Below, in pieces: positions 20,508-31,979 of a DNA stretch of 64,000 nt. Where the stretch lies: the sequence record MH494197.1; one strand, 5' to 3'. The translations under genes and the position numbers were made by a program. The notes below the pieces were generated by a model that was not told the DNA's origin, made no database searches, and saw only the letters and a list, made by a program, of their open reading frames with translations. Origin of the DNA: Escherichia phage CMSTMSU. Position 1 is the first letter of the stretch. Each line of letters begins with the position of its first letter.

Positions 20508-20825
20508 TTAAACCGTAATCAAGTACTTTAATAAGTCCATTACGATCCCGCCGATATTCTGTTTTCTGATATCTCTTATCGTTAGTGTTGATAATGTATC
20601 ATCGACGTGTTGTAGTGCATCAGCAAAGCGGTGCTGGCGTTCAATGGCATTACGTTTAATATTGTACTTTAATTCATTGCACGCGTTTACGTGCTTTACA
20701 CTGCCTTTACTTGCAGTACTCAACCGATCCATAACGATAAACATATTATCAGGATCGCATAAATGCATATGCACCTTTGCAAAGTACTGTTTCAACTGAG
20801 GGCGGTCATAGTCTAAAAATTCCAT
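20508..20825 (-). CDS. hypothetical protein (105 aa)
   Basis: Track ORF, minus-strand block. Confidence 0.5.
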   Translation of the reverse strand: MEFLDYDRPQLKQYFAKVHMHLCDPDNMFIVMDRLSTASKGSVKHVNACNELKYNIKRNAIERQHRFADALQHVDDTLSTLTIRDIRKQNIGGIVMDLLKYLITV

Positions 20826-20891
20826 ACCTTACATTCAGTTTCATTTTGTTCGACACCCGCATCACAATTCGCGACCTTAATCACTAACCGA

Positions 20892-21080
20892 TCATTTAAA
20901 GCGAAAACTATACGGGAAGATCCGCCCGATGATCTCCAGTCCAGCTAACCGACAAGCTGAAAGGATCTCTTTGTTGGTTTCCATTTCTGACAGTGTACGG
21001 ATGAATTTAGTATAATTACGCATTGCATGTTCTCCTTGAGTTAATGAAACTATATTACAGTACTTTACTATCAATGGCAA
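20892..21080 (-). CDS. hypothetical protein
   Basis: Track ORF. Confidence 0.4.
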   Translation of the reverse strand: MPLIVKYCNIVSLTQGEHAMRNYTKFIRTLSEMETNKEILSACRLAGLEIIGRIFPYSFRFK

Positions 21081-21296
21081 CTACTTTTTAACATTAACGG
21101 CGTGAATCACTTCCTTAGTGTTTTTAGTACTGAATACTTTCGCCGCTCCTTGTTCGACCGTGATACGATAGCGACCATTAACATCAACCATATTAATAAA
21201 GTCCGGCGTGCTGAATGGTGTTGTTTTGCATTTGAGTACTGTTAACAGTTCCACCAGCGATGTAGTTTCTTTGATACGTTTTTCTAAAGTAATCAT
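21081..21296 (-). CDS. hypothetical protein (71 aa)
   Basis: Track ORF, tightly abutting the neighbouring gene. Confidence 0.5.
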   Translation of the reverse strand: MITLEKRIKETTSLVELLTVLKCKTTPFSTPDFINMVDVNGRYRITVEQGAAKVFSTKNTKEVIHAVNVKK

Positions 21297-21434
21297 TTTG
21301 TTTCTCCCCGTGTTGGTATGTACATATAGTACTAAAACATTTGAGTACTGTCAATTAGATAATATTATATTTCTTAAAATAAAATGCGTCTTGTGTTGGT
21401 TGATACTCGATACCGTTACCGTTATTGACTTCAA

Positions 21435-21629
21435 CTAATAAACCTTTGTCAATAAGTTTTTAATAGTACGATACCCTTGTTGAAAATTGGTAAAATGTGA
21501 ATCATTACGAAAGGTATAACCGTGCTTAACTGCTTCATCAATAGTTTTCTTTTCGATTTTAGATAATTTCATTTTGTTTCTCCCGTGTTGGTATATGTAC
21601 ATAGTACTAAAACATTTGAGTACTGTCAA
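21435..21629 (-). CDS. hypothetical protein
   Basis: Track ORF; the likely start is the internal MKLSKIEKK. Confidence 0.4.
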   Translation of the reverse strand: MTVLKCFSTMYIYQHGRNKMKLSKIEKKTIDEAVKHGYTFRNDSHFTNFQQGYRTIKNLLTKVY

Positions 21630-22423
21630 CGTGATATTAGTTTTATTTTCTTATTGTATTGTTGATGCTCATAAAGGTTTATCTTTCCTGTGTTCTCGAT
21701 TACTATCCTGTTGTTAGTGTCCACATCGATTACACGCAGTTTCCGTTGCTTAACTTCCGGGTAATAGGTTACCATTAATAAACTCATTAGCAAGCTGTAC
21801 GGCCTTTGTGATGATTCTCTTCGGTGCTTTATAGTGTACCCGTAAGATGTTATCTTTATATAGTTGAACCTTAATCATTTTGTTTGTCCTATAAAAAGGC
21901 GGGAACTGATCCCGCCGTGTTGTTAGTACTGCAAGTTATTAGATAACCGGCGGCGTTTACTGTATACTGTTACACGATTACCCTTACGGTCGTGTCGGAT
22001 CTCTTTCTGGTTGCGAATCAGTTCACTTGGACGCTTAAGGTTTGCCGTGATCCGCGTGAGTCCATGCATTGGCATTTACCTGTACTTTGATATCAGAACC
22101 AGCGATAAACTCATCTTGTGCGTCAGTATTGCCGCCAGCATATCCGCTCGTTTTAGTTCTGCTGCTGTTAGTACTGGCTCAGGTGAATTCACAATATCAG
22201 AGATCTTTGAACTGTACGGCCCAGCGTTGGCCTTTCGGTGCATCTTTGCCCATGTCTTTAAATGCTGCTCCTTCCTCGCGTGCAACAATACGGGCAGCTT
22301 CACGGGTAGCGTAGAATTTAGTAATCATGGTATACATCCTATTAGTTAAGTTAGTACTACAAGTTAGAGTCTATTATAAAGTACTATCTGGGCAATGTCA
22401 AATAGTACTTTAAATGGATTCTA

Positions 22424-22624
22424 TTACATGTCTTTCTTACGTTTTACATCGTGGTAGCGAACTGTTATTTCTTTGTTGATCTCTTCCTCGATGCGGTGAA
22501 TAACTTTTTCTTTCGGGTTGAAACCTATAACGGTTTCTTTAATGATCTCAAGCCCGTGTATTCGCCTTGTGTACCGTAACCGTATGTAAAGGTTTCGTGT
22601 CCCGTGTCTTCCAGCGGTCGCCAA
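22424..22624 (-). CDS. C-terminal fragment of the preceding gene
   Basis: Overlapping same-strand ORF in a different frame. Confidence 0.35.
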   Translation of the reverse strand: MATAGRHGTRNLYIRLRYTRRIHGLEIIKETVIGFNPKEKVIHRIEEEINKEITVRYHDVKRKKDM

Positions 22625-22745
22625 TTAACGCAGACACGTAGCAAGAGTGGTAAGTATTGCCGTGTGAATCAGTCCACCGATTAACGTTAATGTCAAAGGA
22701 GGTTACAATTTTCAATTCTACTTTCTGGGCAAGGATCATAGCCAT
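22548..22745 (-). CDS. hypothetical protein with RWTDSHGNTYHSC motif (frame-disrupted; continues in 22424..22624)
   Basis: Motif shared with the gene at about 29.7-30.0 kb; starts after cassette 22765-22826. Confidence 0.4.
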   Translation of the reverse strand: MAMILAQKVELKIVTSFDINVNRWTDSHGNTYHSCYVSALIGDRWKTRDTKPLHTVTVHKANTRA

Positions 22746-22764
22746 TTTATTTCTCTCTTTTAGT

Positions 22765-22826
22765 TAGGAGGAACCATTCCCTCACTTGATGTAAACTATT
22801 ATACAGTACTAAGATACTTTGTCAAT
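22765..22826 (-). promoter_or_regulatory. sigma70-type promoter (TTGACA-N16-TATAAT) plus 5' stem-loop cassette
   Basis: Minus strand: TTGACA 22820-22825, TATAAT 22798-22803, then inverted repeat GGAGGAACC/GGTTCCTCC before the ATG. Confidence 0.6.
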
Positions 22827-22843
22827 ACTTATTTTTGGAAAGT

Positions 22844-23008
22844 TTACGCATTAATTCTACGCTTTCTTGTGAACGTTTTGCTACCGGCAAGCTGCATGGG
22901 TAGTAAACATTTTGTATAGTCTGACGCTTTGCCACCGAACCGAGCGGCACGTTCACGGGCACTTGGAACTAATACTATTTCTTTCTTGCAGATAGTGCAC
23001 TTAGCCAT
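22844..23008 (-). CDS. hypothetical small protein (54 aa, MAKCTICKKE…)
   Basis: Hand-translated; below the track cut-off; ATG directly after a promoter cassette. Confidence 0.4.
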   Translation of the reverse strand: MAKCTICKKEIVLVPSARERAARFGGKASDYTKCLLPMQLAGSKTFTRKRRINA

Positions 23009-23666
23009 TTTATTTCTCTCTCTTTGTTAGAGGGGAACCGTTTCCTCACTCGATGTAAACTATTATACAGTACTAAGATACTTTGTCAATACTTAATTAT
23101 TGTAAATGTCGTGAATAGTGATAAAGTTTTTACGACCGTAAACCTGCAAATCAATATCAATGTAGTGCTTATCTAGTACATCCTCGACGCTTAACGCGGT
23201 GTCGTGGATATCTTCGTAGAATTGAGTATCTACAATCTTGCTTAAGTCATCCGGCGTTAACTCATCGTTAAGCAGTTGAACCGCCGGATATCTGCTTCAC
23301 GTTTCCAGTCTTCCAGTTAGTAGTCAGTACTTGTTCGATTTCGTTAGCTGTCAGTAGAATCCGCATTTTTATGTTTCCTTATCAGTGGTTGATGTAAGTA
23401 TTATACTCGTTTACTTTCTATTGTCAAACTATTTTATCAGGGAGTTTTTCGTATGTCTTACTCGACTACTTAACGGGGTTACTTGTTTCGTTCCCCGTCC
23501 TGATGTAAAACATTATACTTGATTCTAAGTACAATGCAAGTACTTTTTAAAAATAGTTTTCAGTACTAGCCACCAGCAAACAATAGATACATTTATGCAC
23601 CCTGTGGGCTGATTTGTTTCTATGCGTATATAATAGCAAAGGACTGAATCCCTTATTCAATTATTT

Positions 23667-23816
23667 TTAAACTTCTTTCGGGTTGCGATAGGTGATAGCG
23701 TTCGGGTACATTTGTTTAATGTTATTCCATGCCCGGTTGACATTGTAACCACTTGATCGAATCAGTTGGTTACTACCGACACCTTGAAACACTACTTCGA
23801 ATAAGAATTCTTTCAT
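23667..23816 (-). CDS. hypothetical small protein (49 aa)
   Basis: Hand-translated; SD GAGGTGA 6 nt upstream of ATG. Confidence 0.45.
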   Translation of the reverse strand: MKEFLFEVVFQGVGSNQLIRSSGYNVNRAWNNIKQMYPNAITYRNPKEV

Positions 23817-24351
23817 GCTTTCACCTCGCGATCTGCTTTACCTTTACGCCGACATTACTAATTGTTCGCGTTGCCATAAGTCGAGTGATACAAAAGTTTT
23901 GCGGTATCACTTTTAGGATACTCGCCATTAGTACCTAACCGATAAAACAGATCTTTCAGTACTGATAATTCTACTTGGATCATTATACTTTCTCTTTGTT
24001 GGGAGGGAACTATTCTTCCGATATAAAACATTATACACTTTATTCAGTACAAGTACTTTTAATCTTTCAGCCAATGATCCTGAATGAATTTTTCACCGGA
24101 ACCTTGCTGCATTGATTGTAACAGACGTTCACGATGAGCGGCGGCGAATTGCTCAGTACTATGCGTTACACCGGTTGATATCTGGATTCACCATTGGGGC
24201 TGATGTATTGTACATCCCACGGTTTTTCGTTAGTATCAGACCATTTACGAACGATTAGTTGACCTTGCATTTTTCTTTCTCTTAGTGGGGAGAATCATTT
24301 CTCCCCTTCATGTAACTTATTATACAGTACTAGATTATCTTGTCAATAGTT

Positions 24352-24636
24352 TTATTCACCTTGTTTGAATTTAGTTTTCTCCATTGATTCCATGATTGCA
24401 ACCAATACGCCGTGGATCTCGCTTAACGCGGAATCACTAAAAGCATTAATGAATAGTCGATCATTCTCGCGAATATTTTTAATGTACTTTTCAGCAGTAG
24501 TTGCGAATTCATTCAACGGTAGATCAAATGCTTTATCCCATGATGGATGGCGTAATTGTAACAGTACTGGATTATCACGATCACGGGAAAACGTACCAGT
24601 GATGAAACATACGCCCGAATACTTTCGAACTGGCAA
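24352..24636 (-). CDS. hypothetical protein (94 aa)
   Basis: Track ORF. Confidence 0.45.
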   Translation of the reverse strand: MPVRKYSGVCFITGTFSRDRDNPVLLQLRHPSWDKAFDLPLNEFATTAEKYIKNIRENDRLFINAFSDSALSEIHGVLVAIMESMEKTKFKQGE

Positions 24637-24994
24637 CGGACTTCCTTTGTGATAGTAGTATGAATGTACATTTATTGTTATCCTCTATTAAATTAATATT
24701 ACAGTTTATGAATCAATTCTTTATCTAAGCGATAGCGTACATTATTAATAGTAACGGCATTGTTTTAATGCTACGCTGTACAGGTCCACCAGCAATAACA
24801 AATGTTGCTTTATTACCCCGAACAATGATAGCACTTCCGTGATTACCGAAATCATCTTGTACTAAAATACTTGATAAGTTTTCCATTTTATTTCTCTTAG
24901 TAGGGAAGATGTTTCCTTGATGTAAGTACTATAACAGTACTGAAAACTAATTGCAAGTACTATGATAAAATCATGATAGGATATTCACTATCGA

Positions 24995-25279
24995 TCAGTA
25001 CCTCGAATCCGAACCCTTCGTACCATTCTTTAAGATTAAAGGCGTTATCTTCTCCGTATCGCATTCTAAGATGATACAATCTGAATCATCAGCGGCATCG
25101 ATAAAGGCATTCATTAATTCGTTACCTTCACCATTGCCCCGACTATCAGGATCAACATAAAGAGAATCAATGAAAGCAACACGGTCATAATCAAGATCCG
25201 GTGCAATGATTCCACGTTTAACAAACCAGTACTGCAATTGTGCTACTTTGCTGTACCTGATAACCAGTGATCTCGCCAT
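24995..25279 (-). CDS. GNAT-family N-acetyltransferase, central fragment (full frame-disrupted gene about 24971..25313)
   Basis: VAFIDSLYVDPDSRGNGEGNELMNAF resembles the GNAT acetyl-CoA-binding motif A; …LKEWYEGFGFEV continues in another frame. Confidence 0.55.
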   Translation of the reverse strand: MARSLVIRYSKVAQLQYWFVKRGIIAPDLDYDRVAFIDSLYVDPDSRGNGEGNELMNAFIDAADDSDCIILECDTEKITPLILKNGTKGSDSRY

Positions 25280-25462
25280 TGTCAGTAGTACGCGTGATAT
25301 GTTGTATTCCCATGATTTCTATCCTCAGTTAAGATATAAAACATTATACACTATCTTTCAGTACTGTCAATTACTTTTATCTCATAGATCTATGCCAACA
25401 ATTACGCGGATCTCTTTAAAAGTACTATCATGATCCTCCGGCAAGTAATACAATACATGCAC

Positions 25463-25630
25463 CTATAACGGCCCGGCGTCGATTCTCAGGGATTTTACCG
25501 CCGCAGTCGAGGCAATGTACAGTGATTCTCTTTGTGCGTTAATTTGCTTTCTAGCGTGGTTAACGGCGGCCTGAATCACTGCGTTAATCTCGTCTTGTTC
25601 GGCCCCGTCTTTCGCGAATCCTACAGCCAT
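25463..25630 (-). CDS. hypothetical small protein (55 aa)
   Basis: Hand-translated; MAVGFAKDGAEQDEINAVIQAAVNHARKQINAQRESLYIASTAAVKSLRIDAGPL. Confidence 0.4.
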   Translation of the reverse strand: MAVGFAKDGAEQDEINAVIQAAVNHARKQINAQRESLYIASTAAVKSLRIDAGPL

Positions 25631-25962
25631 TATTTTAACCTCATTATAAAAATACTATAGTACTGTAATGCTACAATAATACTACTAGTGCTAATCTTAT
25701 TCAAACCACATGATACTACATATCCACCAGCATTACCACGGATAGTAACGCCTTTGTACTGTCTATATAAATTCAACTGCGTATATTGCCTTTGATCAAG
25801 AATTGATCAGAATTATACGCCTTATGCTAAATTGATCCAGTACTTTTGATCATTTATTGATCGATGTTATATAGTTACATTTGTGCACCCTATGGGTTAG
25901 TGACGTTCTCGTCTTGATGTAAGTATTATGCCAGTACTGGAGGATATTGTCAATAGATTATT

Positions 25963-26160
25963 TTAATTTTTTCTATCATTAATTAATGCTTTCAGTACTA
26001 TACTAATAACTTGCAATGATTCATCAATGACAATGAAATTATTCTCTTTCATTAGATGATAGTTACCATTGATTGTATATTCTAACGAGTACTGTTTACG
26101 TTTAATTTTTGATAATGTTTCTATTTGTTTTTGTACTGATTTCATGCTAATCATTGTCAA
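25963..26160 (-). CDS. hypothetical protein
   Basis: Track ORF. Confidence 0.4.
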   Translation of the reverse strand: MTMISMKSVQKQIETLSKIKRKQYSLEYTINGNYHLMKENNFIVIDESLQVISIVLKALINDRKN

Positions 26161-26258
26161 ACGTCCTGTAACGCATTCTAACGAGATAAACGGTTGAGTA
26201 CTGGCATTGTATAGGGTAATGATTAAAGCCCACCAGCGTTAACCAGTGGGCTATAATC

Positions 26259-26402
26259 TTACATCTTGCGGATAATCTTAACAGTATCTTTCACCGATTT
26301 ACCGTTTTGCTGACATTGCTCGATCATCGCGTATTGTTCTGCGGTCAGATCCTCGCCAGTTTTTGCCAGTACTGCGTCGATGAATGAATCCAGTGCGATC
26401 AT
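26259..26402 (-). CDS. hypothetical small protein (47 aa)
   Basis: Hand-translated; followed by hairpin AGCCCAC…GTGGGCT. Confidence 0.4.
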   Translation of the reverse strand: MIALDSFIDAVLAKTGEDLTAEQYAMIEQCQQNGKSVKDTVKIIRKM

Positions 26403-28067
26403 TTTGTTTCTCTCTTAGGTTAAGTTAACTACTGTTTATAAAACTTATTATACAGTACTATCAAACTATGTCAATAGTACTGGTAATATATTTTAGCGGT
26501 AGTCGTCGTATGCTTTATTCACGGCGAATATAACTTTCAAAGGCTTCGTCTACCGTTTCATACTCCCGAACATAATCACCATATGAAACTACATACATAC
26601 CTTTTGATCTTCAAACGTCATGATGATAGAATCCAGACCAACGATTTCAGTTTTTGCGATGATAGCCATTTTTAATTCCTTAGTAGTGTAGTTGATAAAA
26701 GTTATTATGTCAGTACTATCAAACTATGTCAATAGTACTGTGATAATATTTTAGTTAATGATAGTCAGTGTAAAATTGTAATCCCCTGCCCGTATAGTAC
26801 TTTATCGCCGAACGTTCCAACACGTTTCATATTGCAATAGATACCCATAACACTTTTACATCTTTGATATTCCGAACGCCAGTAATATCCTTGTTTAAAT
26901 GATCGTGATCAGAAAATAAAACTTGTTTTGCATTTTTCAGTACAGTGCAGATATTAGCCATTTTGTTTTCTCTTCTGTTAGTGGGGAGAAGTTTTTCTCC
27001 CTTGATGTAAACTATTATACAGTACTATAATCTATTGTCAAACTATTTTTTATATTATTCGAAATCTTCTGGACCGGACTGATAATCATCTTCACCGTAT
27101 GCACTTTCTAACCGCTCGCCAGTGCAATCATCAGTTAGTGAGTCATCCTCATAGTTCACGTCTACGCCAGTGATGTAAAACTGGCTATCGTCTGGATCAT
27201 TGAAATTAATTTTCTGGATGTTTACAATAACTGTATTGATGCCGTGACACCGCCATCAGCCGTTACAAAGTACTGATATTTTTCACAACCGCCTGAATTG
27301 AAACCGTAATTAATTTCGGCCCGACCATCACTTAAACGCAGTGTCTGAGCGATGATTTCATTTTCAAAGTTAGATTGAGCAATTGCAATAGTCATGATTT
27401 GTTTCTTATTATCAGGGAAACCGTTTCCCTTTCGATGTAAAACATTATACGCTTATCAGGAAGTAATGCAAGTACTATTTCACGTTAATTTCAAAGTACT
27501 GCTCTTTGATGTTTTCCTGTTGGTAAATCTCGTTTAATGCTTTAAGATCTAAAACCTGTTTACCTGCTGCCTGAATATACTTTTAAGAGTCGCTAACAGC
27601 TTCTCAGGCGTGTTTGTAGTCTTACGTGTTGGGATCTTATCGTGCCCCATAGCGTAGTACTGCTTACGTGCTATAGTACTGATAACACTGCGGTACGGTT
27701 CCATGATCAGCTTGTCTGTATTCGTCGCTATCCCCAAACTTCATACCGTGGATCGCAAAGGTCATCATCATGCGGTCGTTATCGCGGATATTGTGGGGCA
27801 GTCGGCAAGCTCGCGAGTCAGTGACATAGTGATCCCCACGTCGCCACCCAGCGGTAAAGGTCGGGCGATAAAGAAACCGTTAGGGAATACTTTCAGGAAG
27901 TTTTCTTGAACTGCTGCGACGAATTCGATGCTATTCATAATTCATTTCCTTAATTAGTGGGGAAGTTGTTTCCTCTTGATGTAAAACATTATACGCCTAT
28001 TGAGATAGTTTGCAAGTACTTTCTACAAATACTTTTAAAATAGTTTTCAGTACTCAATACTCATATA

Positions 28068-28165
28068 ATAGATACACTTATGCACCCTGTGGGCTAGTGA
28101 GCTATCTCTCAATGAATATATAATAGCAAAATGGCTGACCGAGTCAACCACTTTTTCATTTATTT
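28068..28165. repeat. ~90-bp repeated intergenic element (copy)
   Basis: atagatacacttatgcaccctgtgggctagtgagctatctctcaatgaatatataatagcaaaatggctgaccgagtcaacc. Confidence 0.55.
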
Positions 28166-28271
28166 TAGCTTTTAGAATCGCCGCCTTTCGCGTCATGCCT
28201 TGCTTGATGTATTCTGTACTTTCGCTTTACGTGCATTCGCTTTATTTGCTTTCGTAAACGCCGAACAACTT

Positions 28272-28529
28272 TTATAGTTTAAACCTGTTGGATTCATTTA
28301 AATCACCATAAAGAATAGATAGGTTACTAACAACGCCGCGATCAATGCACCGACCGAACTGTAATAAGCTAATGATCTCATTTTTAGCCTGAAAATAATG
28401 TTTAATTTGAGCGGCGGTCAGTGCACAATTACGCAGGAAGTTTTCTGTATAACTTTTGCGAGTACTGAAAGAGAATTGACCTTTGCTGCTGCCGATAGTA
28501 ACATCAAACCGAGCGTTGTATTGTTTCAT
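28272..28529 (-). CDS. hypothetical protein (85 aa, start MKQYNARF)
   Basis: Track ORF trimmed to the ATG that follows the promoter cassette (ggagaaacaaaATG). Confidence 0.45.
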   Translation of the reverse strand: MKQYNARFDVTIGSSKGQFSFSTRKSYTENFLRNCALTAAQIKHYFQAKNEIISLLQFGRCIDRGVVSNLSILYGDLNESNRFKL

Positions 28530-28544
28530 TTTGTTTCTCCTGTT

Positions 28545-28625
28545 ATTGGGGAGAATCATTTCTCCCTTCATGTAAAACATTATACAGTACTAAAACTAAT
28601 TGCAAGTACTATTTTTAGATTTACG
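28545..28625 (-). promoter_or_regulatory. promoter + stem-loop cassette (copy)
   Basis: …ttgcaattagttttagtactgtataatgttttacatgaaGGGAGAAatgaTTCTCCCC… followed by ATG 28529. Confidence 0.55.
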
Positions 28626-29691
28626 CAAACTTTCTACCATCTCAGGAGTAAGGTCTGCGGGTAGGAAACTACTTCATCAACGAAACGTAAAGGAATACCC
28701 CAGCGAAAGGTGAACGTGCTTTCTTAGTATTACTCTTTTTGATGCTTTCATTTCATATTCTTAATTAGTGGGGAGAATCATTTCTCCCTTCATGTAAAAC
28801 ATTATACGCGTTTAAAACTAATTGCAAGTACTATTTGAAAGTAAATGCTCATACGCTACATTAACTACGTTTTCAATAACCGACTGTACAGAAAGATCCC
28901 CACTTCCGGCTATAGTAGAAATCGCTTACAGTAGTGTCATCGTATGCAAATACTTTACCGTGACTGCATCAATCACATACATATTAACCTTTAAGATGTC
29001 GATCTTATCCTGTACAGTAAGCATATTAATTAACCTTTTAAGTACTGACTTAAGTAATCTTGTTGATCTTCGGTGATTGCAGCCATCTTCCCTAGTACTG
29101 GATTAATGATATAATCCCTGTAACGTCCTGTAACGCATTCTCAGGCGGTTTAACGGCTGGGGTAGCCATAGCCATTGCCGACTTGTTCGACGCTGTAACG
29201 CTCATAAAGGCGGCATTCTTCCGGTGTTAACATAGCATCAATGCGTTTCATTGGTTTAATGATGCTTTCGATCTCATTCAGTACTTGATTAACGTTCATG
29301 GTATAATCCCAATATAAGCGGCCTAAATCGACCGCTAACGATGTTTTGATTAATAGGTGTATGGTTGACGTTCAAACAATGATTGCACGTTGTACGCCCC
29401 GCTTATGGGCTTTGCTGGTAAATCAATTTTATATTGTTCACGCTTAAAGATAATAAAACGGCAATTGTTTTAACATCAAAATTGATTGAACGTTCCGAGT
29501 TTACCATCGTGCACAAATACAAGATAACCGCTCGCTACTTGTTTTGTAGTACTGGTTGCAACCATAGACCGCCGAACATGTGTACCTGCGTCGATTAAAG
29601 TACTGATATTTTTCATTTTACTATCCTCTTAAGTTGATTTAATTTCTTTCCCTATGCAGACACTGTACCAAAGTATCTGCATAAAGTAAAG

Positions 29692-29973
29692 CTAATTAAA
29701 GATCTTTTTACGTTTTACATCCTGTACAGTACAATGCAACGGGATAGACAAATCATTGCACAAACGATAGAGGGAGGTTTCATCAGTATTAAGCCCGTCT
29801 ACTGATTCCTTTAAGAGAGATAACGCCGTTTGTTGGTATGCATCTTCATAGCCATAAGTAAATGATTCAACCGCCAGATCATTCAAGCCGTTATCCAGTT
29901 CGACGCTTACATGACAAGAATGATGTATTGCCATATGAATCAGACCAACGTTTACCGTCAACATTGATTGCAC
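29692..29973 (-). CDS. hypothetical protein (fragment; paralog of 22548..22745)
   Basis: An upstream frame encodes …VDGKRWSDSYGNTS…, the same motif as the 22.6-kb gene. Confidence 0.4.
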   Translation of the reverse strand: MQSMLTVNVGLIHMAIHHSCHVSVELDNGLNDLAVESFTYGYEDAYQQTALSLLKESVDGLNTDETSLYRLCNDLSIPLHCTVQDVKRKKIFN

Positions 29974-30338
29974 GGATTGCAGCCGAAACGGTGTTAATGA
30001 TAGTTTTAGCCATTTTAGTATTCCTTAAATTAATATGTGTCGTCTTGATAAAATCTATTATGCCAGTACTATCAAACTATGTCAATAGTACTGTGATAAT
30101 ATTTTTACTTACTTTTTGCTTTCTTTATTGCTTCCACCGGTCGGCCCATTCTTTACCCCATACTTGTAAATTATAATGGTACTGGCAAAGTGCAACGCCC
30201 CGCTTTAAACCAGTAATAGATTTTTACCACATTGACAAGTTTTCATTTTAGTTTCCTTGTAGTGGGAGAACCATTTTCCCCTTGATGTAATGTATTATAC
30301 TTTATTCGATTTACTTTGCAAGTACTTTTTAATTTAAT

Positions 30339-30551
30339 TCATCCGTAAAGGATACGCTCAACGCCCAAATCAGTTAAACTAATCGACGGCACTTGATAGG
30401 TTTCAATGTATGCTACACTTGCCCACTGACCGAACTCATTAACGGCCGTATTCATTGCATTTTGCAATTCCACACCTTCCTTGTTGGTAATGACTGCAAC
30501 TACTTGTTCGTTGCCAGTAGTACCAGATACGCGAGTAATGATAATAGCCAT
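30339..30551 (-). CDS. hypothetical protein (70 aa)
   Basis: Track ORF directly downstream of a promoter cassette. Confidence 0.5.
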   Translation of the reverse strand: MAIIITRVSGTTGNEQVVAVITNKEGVELQNAMNTAVNEFGQWASVAYIETYQVPSISLTDLGVERILYG

Positions 30552-30619
30552 TTTTTAATTCCTATTCAGTAGTTGATGTATGTATTATGCCAGTACTTAA
30601 AACTATTGTCAAACTATTT

Positions 30620-30772
30620 TTAAAGTTTATCAATGATTGATGCCGTTTCATTGATAGTCTTGCCGTGTTTTGCACACGCGATAACTGCTTTAAATTCCTT
30701 TGATGACCAATCTTTCTTACTGCATACTGACATTACTTGTAAAGTAAAACAATCCAGTTCATAAGTATTCAT
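30620..30772 (-). CDS. hypothetical small protein (50 aa)
   Basis: Hand-translated; MNTYELDCFTLQVMSVCSKKDW…. Confidence 0.4.
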   Translation of the reverse strand: MNTYELDCFTLQVMSVCSKKDWSSKEFKAVIACAKHGKTINETASIIDKL

Positions 30773-30985
30773 CTTTATATCCTCAGTTAGTTAAGGTGTC
30801 TGCCTTGATGTAATTAATTATACGCTAATCTCTTAATCGTGCAAGTACTTTTATTACTTTTTGCAAAATACTTTAAACGCTCTCAATCGCATTACAACGA
30901 CCTTAACGCCACCAGCTAGGCAATGCATCAGATAATCAGTTTAAAGCGTTAGAATCGTTTCTAGGCGGTGCTGGTGGCGTAAACG

Positions 30986-31015
30986 ATAAAAAAAGCCCAC
31001 CGTTTAAGGTGGGCT
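30986..31015 (-). terminator. rho-independent terminator (minus strand)
   Basis: Minus-strand AGCCCACCttaaacGGTGGGCT followed by TTTTTTTAT; 13 nt after the stop of 31028..31261. Confidence 0.6.
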
Positions 31016-31027
31016 AGTGATTCAGTT

Positions 31028-31261
31028 TTATGCTTCAACTTTGCGATGAGCTTCGATCCATTCCTCGCGAGTCATACCACTGGAGTTAATCGCGTCCAGT
31101 ACTACCGCAATGCAGTTACCACGCACCGGAATCAGATATTCTTCCCGTTGTACTACCGCTACGCGTTCCTGAATCCATTTTTGGCTTTTACTTCTGGCTT
31201 GTCTTCCCATACTTAACCGCCGTGGCTTTTGTGCCATCTCTGTAACTACTTCCAGATCCAA
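31028..31261 (-). CDS. C-terminal part of the preceding gene
   Basis: Overlapping frame; ends 13 nt before terminator hairpin. Confidence 0.4.
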   Translation of the reverse strand: MDLEVVTEMAQKPRRLSMGRQARSKSQKWIQERVAVVQREEYLIPVRGNCIAVVLDAINSSGMTREEWIEAHRKVEA

Positions 31262-31406
31262 CTACTGCCGCCTGAATACTTTCGATTGTTGCTTGTAGTT
31301 CTGCTTCACGGGCCGCCTTTGCCGCTTCAATTTCTGCCGCTTTATTTGCTTGTAGTTCTTTCGCAGTACTGTAAGCGATGTTAAAATTATTGCGTACCGC
31401 TTTCAT
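31188..31406 (-). CDS. hypothetical protein, Ala/Glu-rich N-part (frame-disrupted; continues in 31028..31261)
   Basis: Overlapping same-strand ORFs; gene followed by a terminator. Confidence 0.4.
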   Translation of the reverse strand: MKAVRNNFNIAYSTAKELQANKAAEIEAAKAAREAELQATIESIQAAVVGSGSSYRDGTKATAVKYGKTSQK

Positions 31407-31691
31407 GGTATCGTTATCCAGTTCAGCCGGATCTCAGCCGCGACGTTAGTTTCATTTGCACCAGTGCTTTGATGAATGATTTTACATTAGCCATTTTATA
31501 AATCCTCAATTAAAGTTTAGTTTACGTTTATTAGTGTATCAAAGTTTTCTGACGTGTCCAGTTTTTCGTTCGACTTACTGGCGGTCTACTTAGTGCTCCC
31601 CGTCTTGATGTAATACATTCTACGCCTTTTTGCGGTAATGTCAACTACTTTCTTAAAACTATTTTCAAAGTATCTCAGTACTACGATACTA

Positions 31692-31717
31692 CAAAACAAA
31701 AAGCCCACCCGTGGGCT
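31692..31717 (-). terminator. rho-independent terminator (minus strand)
   Basis: Minus-strand AGCCCAC-GGGTGGGCT hairpin followed by TTTTTGTTTT. Confidence 0.5.
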
Positions 31718-31979
31718 GTATTAATCAGTAAGTAAAATATTAAACACTTTACCATTTAACGTTATTGGTGCACTGCTACCGTGCTCAAGATCCGTTAGTA
31801 TACCTGCAATCGCTTTATCATTGGCGACCTTTCCAGTGTCCAACAGTACGACAGTACTGATAAGATTAACGCTCGTTTCAATATCATAATGCACGGCGTT
31901 AAGGAGTTGTGTATACTGCTTTCGTTAAGTAAAACTATTCGTGCTGTCATGATGTACCCGTAGTATCTATCAACGGCAA

